This document shows positions 28,293 through 38,739 of a stretch of DNA of 64,000 nt, in pieces (position 1 is the stretch's first letter; every line of letters begins with the position of its first letter). The stretch comes from Escherichia coli (lineage in GTDB: Bacteria > Pseudomonadota > Gammaproteobacteria > Enterobacterales > Enterobacteriaceae): NCBI RefSeq assembly GCF_003334785.1, contig NZ_QOWV01000008.1. One strand, written 5' to 3'. The notes under the pieces are model-generated. The model did not search any database. It was given only the letters and a program-made list of their open reading frames with translations, and had not been told where the DNA came from. The translations under genes were made by a program, and so were the position numbers.

Positions 28293-29372
28293 ATGAAAAT
28301 AGCCTTTATTGGCGAAGCTGTTTCTGGATTTGGCGGCATGGAAACAGTCATTCGTGATGTTATTACTACCTTCAGGCAACAACATATCCAAAGTGAAATT
28401 TTTTTCTTTTGTCGTAATGACAAAATGGATAAGGGATGGCTGGAAGGTATTAAGTACTCGTGTTCATTTTCCAATATTCGCTTAGGTTTTTTGCGTCGCG
28501 CGAAACATATTCATGCTTTAAGCAAATGGCTTCATGATTATCAGCCAGATGTTGTTATTTGTATTGACGTGATCTCGTGTTTGTATGCGGCCAAAGCTCG
28601 TAAAAAATCGGGGATTGATGTACCTGTATTTTCATGGCCGCATTTTTCTTTAGATCATAAAAAACATGCCGAATATATCACCTGTGCCGACTATCATTTA
28701 GCCATCAGCTCTGGTATTAAACAGCAAATGATTAGCCGGGGTGTACCAGAATCGACAATAAACGTTATTTTTAATCCCGTTGAGGCGAAAAATTCAGTCA
28801 TTCCTGCACCCGGGGAAGGCGAAACGGCAACATTCATTTATGTTGGGCGCATGAAATTTGAAGGCCAAAAGCGCGTAAAAGATCTGCTTGATGGCTTATC
28901 ACAAGTGCAAGGTGACTGGAAACTTCATGTATTGGGAGATGGCTCCGATTTCGAAAAATGCCAGGCTTATGGTAGAGGATTAAATATTGATGATCGAATT
29001 GTCTGGTATGGTTGGCAACAACATCCCTGGAAATTAGTTCAGCAAGATATTAAAAAAGTGAGTGCATTATTACTCACGTCATCTTTTGAAGGTTTCCCAA
29101 TGACTCTACTTGAAGCCTTGTCGTGGGGGATCCCTTGTATCAGTGCAGATTGTGTCTCCGGGCCTGTTGATATCATTCAGCCTGATGTTAATGGTCATTT
29201 ATATCAACCGGGGGATATGACCGGTTTTGTTGCTCTTCTCAATAAATACATAGCCGGTGAAATTCACATCGCACATGAAAAAATTCCGGCGTCGATCGAT
29301 AAATTTTATCAACCGAAATATTACGACAGATTGCAAAAGATAATTATTTCTGTTATTTCCCGGAGGAAATAA
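28293..29372 (+). CDS. waaB: LPS core alpha-1,6-galactosyltransferase (GT4)
   Basis: 359 aa MKIAFIGEAVSGFGGMETVI...; E-x7-E motif. Confidence 0.85.
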   Translation: MKIAFIGEAVSGFGGMETVIRDVITTFRQQHIQSEIFFFCRNDKMDKGWLEGIKYSCSFSNIRLGFLRRAKHIHALSKWLHDYQPDVVICIDVISCLYAAKARKKSGIDVPVFSWPHFSLDHKKHAEYITCADYHLAISSGIKQQMISRGVPESTINVIFNPVEAKNSVIPAPGEGETATFIYVGRMKFEGQKRVKDLLDGLSQVQGDWKLHVLGDGSDFEKCQAYGRGLNIDDRIVWYGWQQHPWKLVQQDIKKVSALLLTSSFEGFPMTLLEALSWGIPCISADCVSGPVDIIQPDVNGHLYQPGDMTGFVALLNKYIAGEIHIAHEKIPASIDKFYQPKYYDRLQKIIISVISRRK

Positions 29373-30391
29373 TGCAGCAGGTTTTTTTCCAGGAGACTGA
29401 GTTTCTCAATTCGGTTATTGATTATAATCATAAAATAGAAGCAGAAAATCTTTGTCTGGATATTGCTTATGGGACTGACAAAAATTTTCTTTTTGGATGC
29501 GGAATATCGATTGCTTCAATATTAAAATATAATGAAGGAAATCAATTATGCTTTCATATTTTTACTGATTATTTCGGTGATGACGATCGCAAATATTTTG
29601 ATGCCCTGGCCAGGCAATATAAAACAAGAATTAAGATATATTTAATTAATGGTGATCGACTCCGTTCATTACCCTGCACCAAGAACTGGACTCATGCTAT
29701 TTATTTTCGTTTTGTTATCGCCGATTACTTTTTTAATAAAGCACCCAAAGTTCTTTATCTGGATGCAGATATTATTTGTCAGGGAACTATAGAACCACTT
29801 ATCAATTACACGTTTTCTGAACATACAGTCGCAATGGTTGTTACAGAAGGACAAAAAGACTGGTGGGCAAAACGTGCTCATTCGTTAGGTGTTGCTGGGA
29901 TTGCTAATGGTTACTTTAACTCCGGTTTTTTACTGATTAATACTAATCAATGGACGAATGAGCGGGTTTCTGCACGGGCCATTGCAATGTTAAGTGATCC
30001 AGAGATAGTCAAAAAAATAACACATCCTGATCAGGATGTATTAAATATGTTATTGGCAGACAAACTTGTTTATGCTGATATTAAATATAACACTCAGTTT
30101 AGTTTAAATTATCAACTAAAAGAAAGTTTTAAAAACCCAGTAACTAACGATACAGTTTTTATTCATTATATTGGTCCAACTAAACCCTGGCATGACTGGG
30201 CCTGGGATTATCCAATATCACAAGCTTTTATGGCGGCAAAAAATGCTTCACCATGGAAGGATACTGCGTTATTGAAACCGGTTAATAGTAATCAATTAAG
30301 ATACAGTGCTAAACATATGTTGAAAAAAAAGCAATATATCAAAGGATTTGGCAACTATCTTTTGTATTTTATAAAAAAGCTAAAGCATTAA
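29372..30391 (+). CDS. waaO: LPS core alpha-1,3-glucosyltransferase (GT8)
   Basis: 339 aa; LDADIICQG DxD and HYIGPTKPW motifs. Confidence 0.8.
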   Translation: MQQVFFQETEFLNSVIDYNHKIEAENLCLDIAYGTDKNFLFGCGISIASILKYNEGNQLCFHIFTDYFGDDDRKYFDALARQYKTRIKIYLINGDRLRSLPCTKNWTHAIYFRFVIADYFFNKAPKVLYLDADIICQGTIEPLINYTFSEHTVAMVVTEGQKDWWAKRAHSLGVAGIANGYFNSGFLLINTNQWTNERVSARAIAMLSDPEIVKKITHPDQDVLNMLLADKLVYADIKYNTQFSLNYQLKESFKNPVTNDTVFIHYIGPTKPWHDWAWDYPISQAFMAAKNASPWKDTALLKPVNSNQLRYSAKHMLKKKQYIKGFGNYLLYFIKKLKH

Positions 30392-30554
30392 TACTGATAA
30401 TCTATACTCTAAATAATTCGAGTTGCAGGACAAAAAGCCAGTGGCGTTTTGAGGAACGCTTGCGTTGGCCCTGAAATGCCGAGTAACTCGCCGATGCAGC
30501 ACATGCAACTTGAAGTATAACGAGTATATAAAGTAATGATATAAGGATAGCCTT

Positions 30555-31571
30555 GTGAACTCATTTCCTGCCATAGAGATAGATAAAGTTAAAGCCTGGG
30601 ATTTTAGGCTTATTGATGAAAATACTGCTGAAAGTTTAAATGTTGCCTATGGTGTCGATTCCAATTATCTTGATGGTGTAGGTGTTTCCATTACTTCAAT
30701 TGTCATTAATAATCGACATGTTAATCTTGATTTTTATATTATTGCTGATGTTTATAACGACGATTTCTTTCAAAAAGTTGAGAAACTTGCTGAGCAATAC
30801 CAATTAAGAATCACACTTTATAGAATAAATACTGATAATCTTCAGTGCCTGCCTTGTACACAAGTCTGGTCAAGAGCAATGTACTTCCGTTTATTTGCTT
30901 TTCAATTATTGGGAGTAACACTTAATCGTTTGCTTTATCTTGATGCCGATGTAGTTTGTAAGGGAAATATTAGTCAACTATTGCATTTAGAGTTTAATGG
31001 AGCGGTGGCTGCAGTAGTCAGGGATGTAGACCCAATGCAGGAAAAGGCGGTAGTCAGATTATCTGATCCTGAACTTCGGGGGCAGTATTTTAATTCTGGT
31101 GTCGTTTACTTAGACCTAAAAAAATGGACAGAAGCAAAACTAACCGAAAAAGCACTGTCTATTCTTATGAGTAAAGATAGTATTTATAAGTATCCTGACC
31201 AGGACGTTATGAATGTCCTACTAAAAGGGATGACAATATTCCTGCCACGTGAGTTCAATACTATATATACAATAAAAAGTGAGTTAAAAGATAAAACGCA
31301 TCAAAAATATAAAGAGTTGATAAAAGAGGATACTCTTCTTATTCATTATACTGGGGCCACCAAGCCGTGGCACAAATGGGCAATTTATCCATCGGTAAAA
31401 TACTATAAAATAGCTTTAGAAAGATCCCCCTGGAAAGATGACTCACCACGAGATGCAAAATCAATTATTGAATTCAAAAAAAGATATAAACATCTGTTAG
31501 TGCAACATCATTATATCTCAGGACTCATTGCAGGAGTGTGTTATCTTTGCCGAAAATATTACCGTAAATAA
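30555..31571 (+). CDS. waaJ: LPS core alpha-1,2-glucosyltransferase (GT8; WaaJ/WaaR)
   Basis: 338 aa; GTG start; LDADVVCKG and HYTGATKPW motifs. Confidence 0.8.
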   Translation: MNSFPAIEIDKVKAWDFRLIDENTAESLNVAYGVDSNYLDGVGVSITSIVINNRHVNLDFYIIADVYNDDFFQKVEKLAEQYQLRITLYRINTDNLQCLPCTQVWSRAMYFRLFAFQLLGVTLNRLLYLDADVVCKGNISQLLHLEFNGAVAAVVRDVDPMQEKAVVRLSDPELRGQYFNSGVVYLDLKKWTEAKLTEKALSILMSKDSIYKYPDQDVMNVLLKGMTIFLPREFNTIYTIKSELKDKTHQKYKELIKEDTLLIHYTGATKPWHKWAIYPSVKYYKIALERSPWKDDSPRDAKSIIEFKKRYKHLLVQHHYISGLIAGVCYLCRKYYRK

Positions 31572-31588
31572 CATTTAACTGGTTTAAC

Positions 31589-32287
31589 ATGATTCAGAAG
31601 AATAAAATCAAAGATTTAGTTGTTTTTACCGATGAAAATAACTCAAAGTATCTCAATGTATTAAATGACTTTCTTTCTTATGATATTAATATCATCAAAG
31701 TTTTTCGTTCTATAGATGATACAAAAGTCATGCTTATTGATACCGATTACGGTAAATTGATACTTAAAGTTTTTTCGCCTAAAGTAAAACGCAACGAACG
31801 TTTCTTTAAATCTCTTTTAAAGGGAGATTATTATGAACGCCTTTTTGAGCATACTCAAAAAGTGCGTAACGAGGGGCTACATTCTCTCAATGATTTTTAT
31901 TTGTTGGCAGAACGGAAAACATTACGTTTTGTCCATACTTATATCATGCTTATCGAATATATCGATGGCGTAGAGTTGTGTGATATCCCCGATATTGATG
32001 AAACTTTAAAAAATAAAATTCAACAATCAATTCGTTCATTACACGAACACGGTATGGTATCTGGTGATCCTCACCGCGGTAATTTTATTATTGAAAATGG
32101 TGAAGTACGCATTATTGATCTTTCAGGAAAACGGGCATCTGCACAACGTAAAGCGAAAGATCGTATTGATTTAGAGCGACATTATGGTATTAAGAATGAG
32201 GTTAAAGATCTCGGTTATTATCTTTTAGTTTATCGTAAAAAAATACGTAATCTTATGCGGCGTTTGAAAGGGAAGCCAGCACGATAA
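31589..32287 (+). CDS. waaY: LPS core heptose(II) kinase
   Basis: 232 aa MIQKNKIKDLVVFTDENNSKY... Confidence 0.85.
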   Translation: MIQKNKIKDLVVFTDENNSKYLNVLNDFLSYDINIIKVFRSIDDTKVMLIDTDYGKLILKVFSPKVKRNERFFKSLLKGDYYERLFEHTQKVRNEGLHSLNDFYLLAERKTLRFVHTYIMLIEYIDGVELCDIPDIDETLKNKIQQSIRSLHEHGMVSGDPHRGNFIIENGEVRIIDLSGKRASAQRKAKDRIDLERHYGIKNEVKDLGYYLLVYRKKIRNLMRRLKGKPAR

Positions 32288-32358
32288 AGTAAAAGTCTTA
32301 CATTTAAACGTCTTCGTCAGGACATTTCTATGCGGAGTTCTTATTTCACAGGTTTATC

Positions 32359-33168
32359 ATGAAGAATATTAGATACATTGACAAAAAAGATGTTGAAAAC
32401 CTGATAGAAAGTAAAACGTCTGATGATGTTATTATTTTTCTTTCCGGCCCCACATCGCAAAAAACACCATTGTCAGTGCTGCAGACAAGGGATGTTATTG
32501 CTGTCAATGGTTCTGCACAATATCTATTAAGTCATAATATTATTCCCTATATTTATGTACTTACCGATGTTCGCTTTTTACATCAACGGCGTGATGATTT
32601 TTATAAATTTAGCCAGAGAAGTCGTTATACCATCGTAAATGTTGACGTTTATGAACATGCTTCTGAAGAAGATAAGCGGTACATCCTTCAAAACTGCCTG
32701 GTACTACGTTCATTTTACCGCAGAGAAAAAGGTGGATTGATCAAGAAGATCAAGTTTAATATTTTGAGCCGAATTCATAAAGAGCTCCTGATCTCTGTAC
32801 CTTTTTCTAAAAAAGGTCGTCTGGTTGGCTTTTGCAAGGATATTAACCTCGGTTATTGTTCATGCCATACCGTTGCTTTTGCTGCAATCCAAATAGCCTA
32901 TTCGCTGAAGTATGCTCGTATTATCTGTTCAGGCCTTGATTTAACGGGTAGCTGTTCGCGTTTCTATGATGAAGATAAGAATCCTATGCCCTCAGAGTTG
33001 ATTCGGGATTTATTCAAAATTTTACCATTTTTCCGTTTTATGCGTGAAAATATAGAAGATATCAATATTTATAATTTATCCGACGATACTGCAATTCAAT
33101 ATGATATTATTCCCTATATGAAAATATCCGAAATTGAAGAGCCGTGTGTTTATGAAAAAATAAGCTAA
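32359..33168 (+). CDS. waaZ: LPS core biosynthesis protein WaaZ
   Basis: 269 aa maximum (in-frame stop at 32305 prevents a longer N-terminus). Confidence 0.75.
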   Translation: MKNIRYIDKKDVENLIESKTSDDVIIFLSGPTSQKTPLSVLQTRDVIAVNGSAQYLLSHNIIPYIYVLTDVRFLHQRRDDFYKFSQRSRYTIVNVDVYEHASEEDKRYILQNCLVLRSFYRREKGGLIKKIKFNILSRIHKELLISVPFSKKGRLVGFCKDINLGYCSCHTVAFAAIQIAYSLKYARIICSGLDLTGSCSRFYDEDKNPMPSELIRDLFKILPFFRFMRENIEDINIYNLSDDTAIQYDIIPYMKISEIEEPCVYEKIS

Positions 33169-33220
33169 TATTTTATATGTGTTTATTACGTGTTATAAAT
33201 TATATTGGAGTTGGCTAATA

Positions 33221-34363
33221 ATGATTAAAAAAATAATATTTACCGTCACACCAATATTTTCTATACCGCCAAAAGGAGCTGCAGCGGTTGAAACATGGAT
33301 TTATCAGGTCGCAAAAAGACTTTCGATTCCAGTAACTATCGCCTGTATTCGAAACGAAGGTTACCCAACCTACACAAAAGTAAATGATCACTGTGATATT
33401 CACTACATTGGTTTTAGTCGAGTCTATAAACGACTTTTCCAAAAGTGGACTCGACTTGATCCTGTGCCATATTCTCAGCGTATTTTAAATACCCAACCTA
33501 AAAACACTGATCCGAAAGACTCTGTTATTGTTATCCACAATAGCATGAAGCTGTATAAACAGATTCGTAGCAGAAGCCCTCACGCGCAGCTAGTTATGCA
33601 TCTTCATAATGCTTTCGAGCCAGGTGAGTTAGACAAAAATGCAAAGATAATTGTTCCTAGCCAGTTTCTTTTCGATTTCTATTCGGAAAAAATGCCTGAT
33701 GCAAATATTGCTATTGTGCCTAATGGTTTTTGTTCTGAATCGTATGAACAAAATAATACTGAAGATTTGAGGCAGAAACTGAACATTGATGCAAATGATA
33801 CCGTGTTATTATTTGCAGGAAGGATATCACCAGATAAAGGTTGCCTGATGCTTATGGAGGCTTTTAATCAGCTGAATAAGATACAAGATAACCTCAAACT
33901 GGTGATTGTCGGAGATCCTTTTGCCAGTAAAAAAGGCGAAAAAGCTGAATATCAGAAAAAAGTTCTGGATGCAGCGAAAGCTATTGGAGCGCAATGCATT
34001 ATGGCGGGTGGACAGCCTCCAGAGCAGATGCATAACTATTACCGTTTAGCAGATTTAGTTGTTGTTCCTTCTCAGGTAGAAGAAGCTTTTTGTATGGTAG
34101 CTGTTGAAGCGATGGCGGCAGGTAAACCAGTGCTTGCCAGTCAAAAAGGTGGAATTAGTGAGTTTGTTCTGGAAGGAATTACAGGCTATCACCTTGCAGA
34201 GCCTATGACATCTGAAAGTATTCTCGCGGATATTAAGCGCGTTTTGGCGGATGCTGACAGAGCTCAAATTGCTAAAAATGCCCGAAATTTTGTTTTCTCA
34301 AAATATAGCTGGGAACATGTTACTCAGCGTTTTGAAGCACAAATACAAGACTGGTTTGGTTAA
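33221..34363 (+). CDS. waaK: LPS outer-core GT4 glycosyltransferase, WaaK-like
   Basis: About 380 aa from MIKKIIFTVTP; E-x7-E motif; an upstream ATG at 33179 is possible. Confidence 0.7.
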   Translation: MIKKIIFTVTPIFSIPPKGAAAVETWIYQVAKRLSIPVTIACIRNEGYPTYTKVNDHCDIHYIGFSRVYKRLFQKWTRLDPVPYSQRILNTQPKNTDPKDSVIVIHNSMKLYKQIRSRSPHAQLVMHLHNAFEPGELDKNAKIIVPSQFLFDFYSEKMPDANIAIVPNGFCSESYEQNNTEDLRQKLNIDANDTVLLFAGRISPDKGCLMLMEAFNQLNKIQDNLKLVIVGDPFASKKGEKAEYQKKVLDAAKAIGAQCIMAGGQPPEQMHNYYRLADLVVVPSQVEEAFCMVAVEAMAAGKPVLASQKGGISEFVLEGITGYHLAEPMTSESILADIKRVLADADRAQIAKNARNFVFSKYSWEHVTQRFEAQIQDWFG

Positions 34364-34382
34364 AAATTATTGGATTTGAAGA

Positions 34383-34418
34383 GCCTGCCTGAACTTAATG
34401 TCAGGCAGGCTTTTTTTT
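34383..34418. terminator. Bidirectional terminator between convergent waaK and waaL
   Basis: 11-bp perfect stem gcctgcctga / tcaggcaggc followed by T8; waaL stop codon lies inside the T tract. Confidence 0.6.
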
Positions 34419-35634
34419 ATTTATTCCGCATTGCTAACAGTAAACCAACAATCAAGCCAATTGGTTTGAGATCAACTTCCTCGAAGTTACCTCGAATAAT
34501 ATAAAAGCTTACAAGCGTTAAAAATAGTAGTAATTGACCATTATAAGGAGTGACGACAACTGTTTTAAACGTTGCATTAGCTGTCTCTTTGATAATAGAG
34601 CCATACAGATAAAGTAAAGCGAGTAGTCCAGCCAAACCCGCTGCAAACCAAATTGACAAAACAACGTTGTGTGGCCCAATGGATTGCCTGAACTTCCATG
34701 ACGGAAAATCTACAACACGCTTATTATATATTGCATGGTAAATATCATCGCCGTAGCCATATCCCTTAAGAGGATTTTCCATAATTAATGTCCACGCCGT
34801 ACCTTGAGTACCATTGGTATAGCGATAAGAACTGTCGGTCTGTTGAAGTTTATAAATAAGCCTGTCTTTACCAGCATGATCACCTTTATAGGTAAATACA
34901 CCCACTGCGGCAACAGAAATAACGATGGAAGTCAGCATCAATAATTTCCACTGACGATTTAAGATTAACCATAGCAGAGTCACTATGAATACTGCCAGCC
35001 ATGCACCACGAGACAGCGTTCCTAATAGCAGAAATAAGAAAACTGCACTAAAAATTACGAATGCTATTTTATAAGAGGTTTTCTTGATAAGCCAAAGGTT
35101 TAATAATGCTGGAAACAGAAACACCATTGAATCGGAAATACTACGGTGTTCATAGGTGGAAAATGGCATTATTCCTTTATTATAATCCTGAATATAAAGA
35201 ATAAGTTCAACAAGACAACGTAAGCCAAGTCCGGTAACTAATGAGTATAGTACAATTTTACCAATGCTTTCATTATCTTCATCTTTTAATAATGCAGGTA
35301 TAAGTAAACTATAGGCCAAAAATCCTTTAAGTACCGTATTACTGAATTCTTTAAAACTGATTTTCAGATCAGGTGATATAAAAGTAGCATATAAAAGAAT
35401 GAGTGATAGTGCCAGGACACTATAAAAAAGATTATTTTTATAGAGTACTTTAAATGTTCCCGGAGCACGAGAAACTTGATAGATTACCGTAATAATCATT
35501 AGTATAGATATGATGTGTTTATAACGGGTTATACCATCAAGGAAAAAGGTTGCAATAAAGAGGAATACCAACGCTTTATTCCAGTACGGTTTCCACTTTT
35601 CTTTATTACGTAGCGCCAGCGAGGCTGTTAACAT
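34417..35634 (-). CDS. waaL: O-antigen ligase
   Basis: 405 aa polytopic membrane protein starting MLTASLALRNKEKWKPYWNKALVF. Confidence 0.85.
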   Translation of the reverse strand: MLTASLALRNKEKWKPYWNKALVFLFIATFFLDGITRYKHIISILMIITVIYQVSRAPGTFKVLYKNNLFYSVLALSLILLYATFISPDLKISFKEFSNTVLKGFLAYSLLIPALLKDEDNESIGKIVLYSLVTGLGLRCLVELILYIQDYNKGIMPFSTYEHRSISDSMVFLFPALLNLWLIKKTSYKIAFVIFSAVFLFLLLGTLSRGAWLAVFIVTLLWLILNRQWKLLMLTSIVISVAAVGVFTYKGDHAGKDRLIYKLQQTDSSYRYTNGTQGTAWTLIMENPLKGYGYGDDIYHAIYNKRVVDFPSWKFRQSIGPHNVVLSIWFAAGLAGLLALLYLYGSIIKETANATFKTVVVTPYNGQLLLFLTLVSFYIIRGNFEEVDLKPIGLIVGLLLAMRNK

Positions 35635-35672
35635 TGCTTCTCCACCATCTTAAATAATATATAACGTATTAA

Positions 35673-36629
35673 TCAGGAATTGATTTTATTAAATACCGTT
35701 TCTGCAGTCAGATGAGCAAGATCTTTATCTGGTGCCCTACAAACCACCTGATTCTTCCCATATCCGCCAATTAATCCCGGATCGGTTGGTCCATAAACCG
35801 TGATATTCGGTCGATCCAGTGCTGCAGTTAAATGACTTAACCCAGTGTCTACCGATACCACGAATTTCGCTCCGGCCAGCACACGGGCAACACCTTCCAG
35901 ACTCATCTTCGGCAATACTTCAACATAAGCAAATCCTTCCGCCAGTCGTTTCGCCCGTTTTTCCTCATGCGGCGCACCCCACGGAAGTTTAATGCGAATC
36001 CCTGAATCTGCCAGTAAACCAATCAATTCTCGCCAGTGTTCTTCCGGCCAGTGTTTATCATCACGGGTCGTCGCATGAAGAAATACGGCATATTCGCCAG
36101 CATCTGTAGGCAGGTTCGTCAGAAAATGCTGTGCGATAGCATAATCGCCCTGGGTTTGCGGTTTGCTATAGCCCAGACTTTTGGCAAAAAGTTCGCGGAT
36201 GCGTTCTACGGCGTGCTGCTGTTTTGCAATATGATGTTTACGATTGTAAAACAGGCTGGCTAAAGGTTCGCGAGCGGTTTGCCAGTCCATTCCATGCTTT
36301 ACGCCATGCGCCAGACGCGTCACCAGCGCCGCGCTTTTTACCAGCCCCTGAGCATCGATAACTGCGTCATAGTTCTCTGCTTGTAGCGCTTCACGAAACG
36401 CTTTGCGTTCAGCTTTTATGGGGGCCGAGAACCAGGCTTTACGCCAGCGACGTATTGCCACAGGAATAACTCGCTCAACGGCGGCGTGCCAGGAAGGAAT
36501 CTGTGCGAACCCTTCTTCCACCACCCAGTCAAACTTAATCCCTGGGATTGCCTGCTGGGCATCAGTGAGTGCGGGCAACGTATGGAGAACATCGCCCATC
36601 GACGATGTTTTAACGATCAAAACCCGCAT
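35673..36629 (-). CDS. waaC: LPS heptosyltransferase I
   Basis: 318 aa MRVLIVKTSSMGDVLHTLPALTDA... Confidence 0.9.
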   Translation of the reverse strand: MRVLIVKTSSMGDVLHTLPALTDAQQAIPGIKFDWVVEEGFAQIPSWHAAVERVIPVAIRRWRKAWFSAPIKAERKAFREALQAENYDAVIDAQGLVKSAALVTRLAHGVKHGMDWQTAREPLASLFYNRKHHIAKQQHAVERIRELFAKSLGYSKPQTQGDYAIAQHFLTNLPTDAGEYAVFLHATTRDDKHWPEEHWRELIGLLADSGIRIKLPWGAPHEEKRAKRLAEGFAYVEVLPKMSLEGVARVLAGAKFVVSVDTGLSHLTAALDRPNITVYGPTDPGLIGGYGKNQVVCRAPDKDLAHLTAETVFNKINS

Positions 36630-36632
36630 CCG

Positions 36633-37679
36633 TCAGGCTTCCTCTTGTAACAATAGAGAGTTGAGTTCTTCCAGCACGCGCTGGGGAGTAATGTCGATCA
36701 AGCTCTGGTGATAACCTTCTGCGGCGTCGCCTTTGCGTACTTTGTGATAGCCGGTAATCAGGCGGATCACGCGCGCTTTATGGGATAGCGGCGGTGTGAA
36801 GTCCGGGCTACTCGGACCATACAGGGCAACCAGCGGACGATTGAGCGCCGCCGCAACGTGCATCAGGCCAGAATCGTTAGTGACAATGGCTTTACAGGCT
36901 GCAATCAGGATAACCGCTTGATCAAGCTGTGTTTCCCCCGCCAGGTTCCGGCACCATGCCTGCTGCTCGGTATTTAAAGCGGCAAGAATCTCATTGCCCG
37001 CTTCATGATCTTTCGCCGAGCCAAACAGAACCACTTGATAACCTTCATCAATCAGTTGCTTTGCCAGTTCCGCATAGTGGTAGTGTGGCCAGCGTTTTGC
37101 CGGACCAAACTCCGCACCCGGGCAAAAACCAATCATTGGACGTTCTGATGAAAGCGAAAATTGATTACAGGTATATGATTTTTCACCTTCGCTCACCTGC
37201 AACTGCGGCCATAACAATGGCTGCGGCAGATCTTGTGCGGTACGCATAATACCTTTGTCATAGGCCAGCGCCACATAGCGTTCCACCATCAGCGGCCAGG
37301 CTTCTTTATCCAGCACACGCACATCGTTGAGTAAACCGTAGCGCATTTCGCCGCGCCAGCCGGTGCGATGAGGAATACCCGCGAAGAAAGGCACTAATGC
37401 GGATTTGAAGGAGTTGGGTAAAACGTAGGCGCGGTCGTAACGTTTTTCGCGCAGGCTATGACCCAGCTTGCGGCGTTCGCCAATTTCCAGCGCCCCGTGA
37501 CCAAGCGGCATAGGAATGGCTTCGTTAACTTCCGGCATCCGCGATAATAATGGACGGCACCATGCCGGTGCCATCACGTCGATTATCGCCTGGGGATAGC
37601 GCGCCTGGAGCGTGCGATAGAGACTTTGCGACATCATCATGTCGCCAACCCATGACGGGCCGATCACCAATATTTTCAT
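36633..37679 (-). CDS. waaF: LPS heptosyltransferase II
   Basis: 348 aa MKILVIGPSWVGDMMMSQSLYRTL... Confidence 0.9.
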   Translation of the reverse strand: MKILVIGPSWVGDMMMSQSLYRTLQARYPQAIIDVMAPAWCRPLLSRMPEVNEAIPMPLGHGALEIGERRKLGHSLREKRYDRAYVLPNSFKSALVPFFAGIPHRTGWRGEMRYGLLNDVRVLDKEAWPLMVERYVALAYDKGIMRTAQDLPQPLLWPQLQVSEGEKSYTCNQFSLSSERPMIGFCPGAEFGPAKRWPHYHYAELAKQLIDEGYQVVLFGSAKDHEAGNEILAALNTEQQAWCRNLAGETQLDQAVILIAACKAIVTNDSGLMHVAAALNRPLVALYGPSSPDFTPPLSHKARVIRLITGYHKVRKGDAAEGYHQSLIDITPQRVLEELNSLLLQEEA

Positions 37680-37687
37680 TCACTTCA

Positions 37688-37806
37688 TCCTTCAAGCTGT
37701 CTCTGCGGCGGCTGCCTGCGTTCACTCCGGTCACTTACTTTTGTAAGCTCCCGGAGATTCACTTAGTTGCTGCCTTGATACCGCTCGAATGATTTTGTGA
37801 ATTTAC
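37688..37806. repeat. ERIC/IRU-like intergenic repeat between hldD and waaF
   Basis: Core GTGAATCTCCGGGAGCTTACAAAAGTAAGTGACCGGAGTGAACG (minus strand, 37719-37762) closely resembles the ERIC central inverted repeat as I recall it. Confidence 0.55.
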
Positions 37807-38739
37807 GTTGATGTCGCGATTCAGCCAGGCCATGTATTCCGTTACGCCTTCGGCAACGGTTTTGAACGGTTTGTCATAACCCGCCGCGCGCAGATTCGTC
37901 AGATCTGCCTGCGTGAATGCCTGATAGCGGCCTTTCAGTTTATCCGGGAACGGAATGTATTCGATCTGGCCTTTCTTGTGATAAGCAAGCGTTGCATCGG
38001 CTACCGCCTGGAAGGATTCCGCACGACCAGTACCGAGGTTGAAGATGCCGGAAACGCCATTTTCCAGGAACCACAGGTTTACATCTGCCACGTCGCCAAC
38101 ATAGACGAAGTCGCGTTTAAAGTTCTCGCTACCTTCGAACAGCTTCGGTGATTCACCGTTATTAAGCTGGGTGTTGAGATGGAAAGCGACGCTCGCCATG
38201 CTGCCTTTATGGCCTTCACGCGGTCCATAAACGTTGAAATAACGGAAGCCAACAATCTGTGAGTTTGCTTCCGGCAGAATTTGACGAACATATTCATCAA
38301 ACAGGAATTTCGAGTAACCGTAGACGTTCAACGGTTTTTCGTACTCGCGGGATTCAATAAAGTCGGAAGTGCGACCGCCGTAAGTGGCTGCGGATGAAGC
38401 GTACAGGAACGGGATTTCACGCTCCAGGCAGTAGTGCAGCAGCTCCTTGGAGTATTGATAGTTGTTATCCATCATATACTTGCCGTCCCACTCGGTGGTG
38501 GAAGAGCACGCGCCTTCGTGGAAAATCGCTTCGACATCGCCGAACTCTTCGCCAGCCATAATCTGGATCAGGAAGTCTTCCTTATCCATATAGTCTGCGA
38601 TATTCAGGTCCACCAGGTTCACAAACTTGGTGCCGTCTTTCAGGTTGTCCACCACCAGAATATCGGTGATGCCTTTGTCATTCAGGGCTTTAACGATGTT
38701 GCTGCCGATAAAGCCCGCGCCGCCGGTAACGATGATCAT
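37759..38739 (-). CDS. hldD: ADP-L-glycero-D-manno-heptose-6-epimerase with variant C-terminus
   Basis: Rossmann GGAGFIGS; ORF is 326 aa and ends ...[23 protein letters not shown] instead of the ...AWLNRDA end I recall. Confidence 0.9.
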
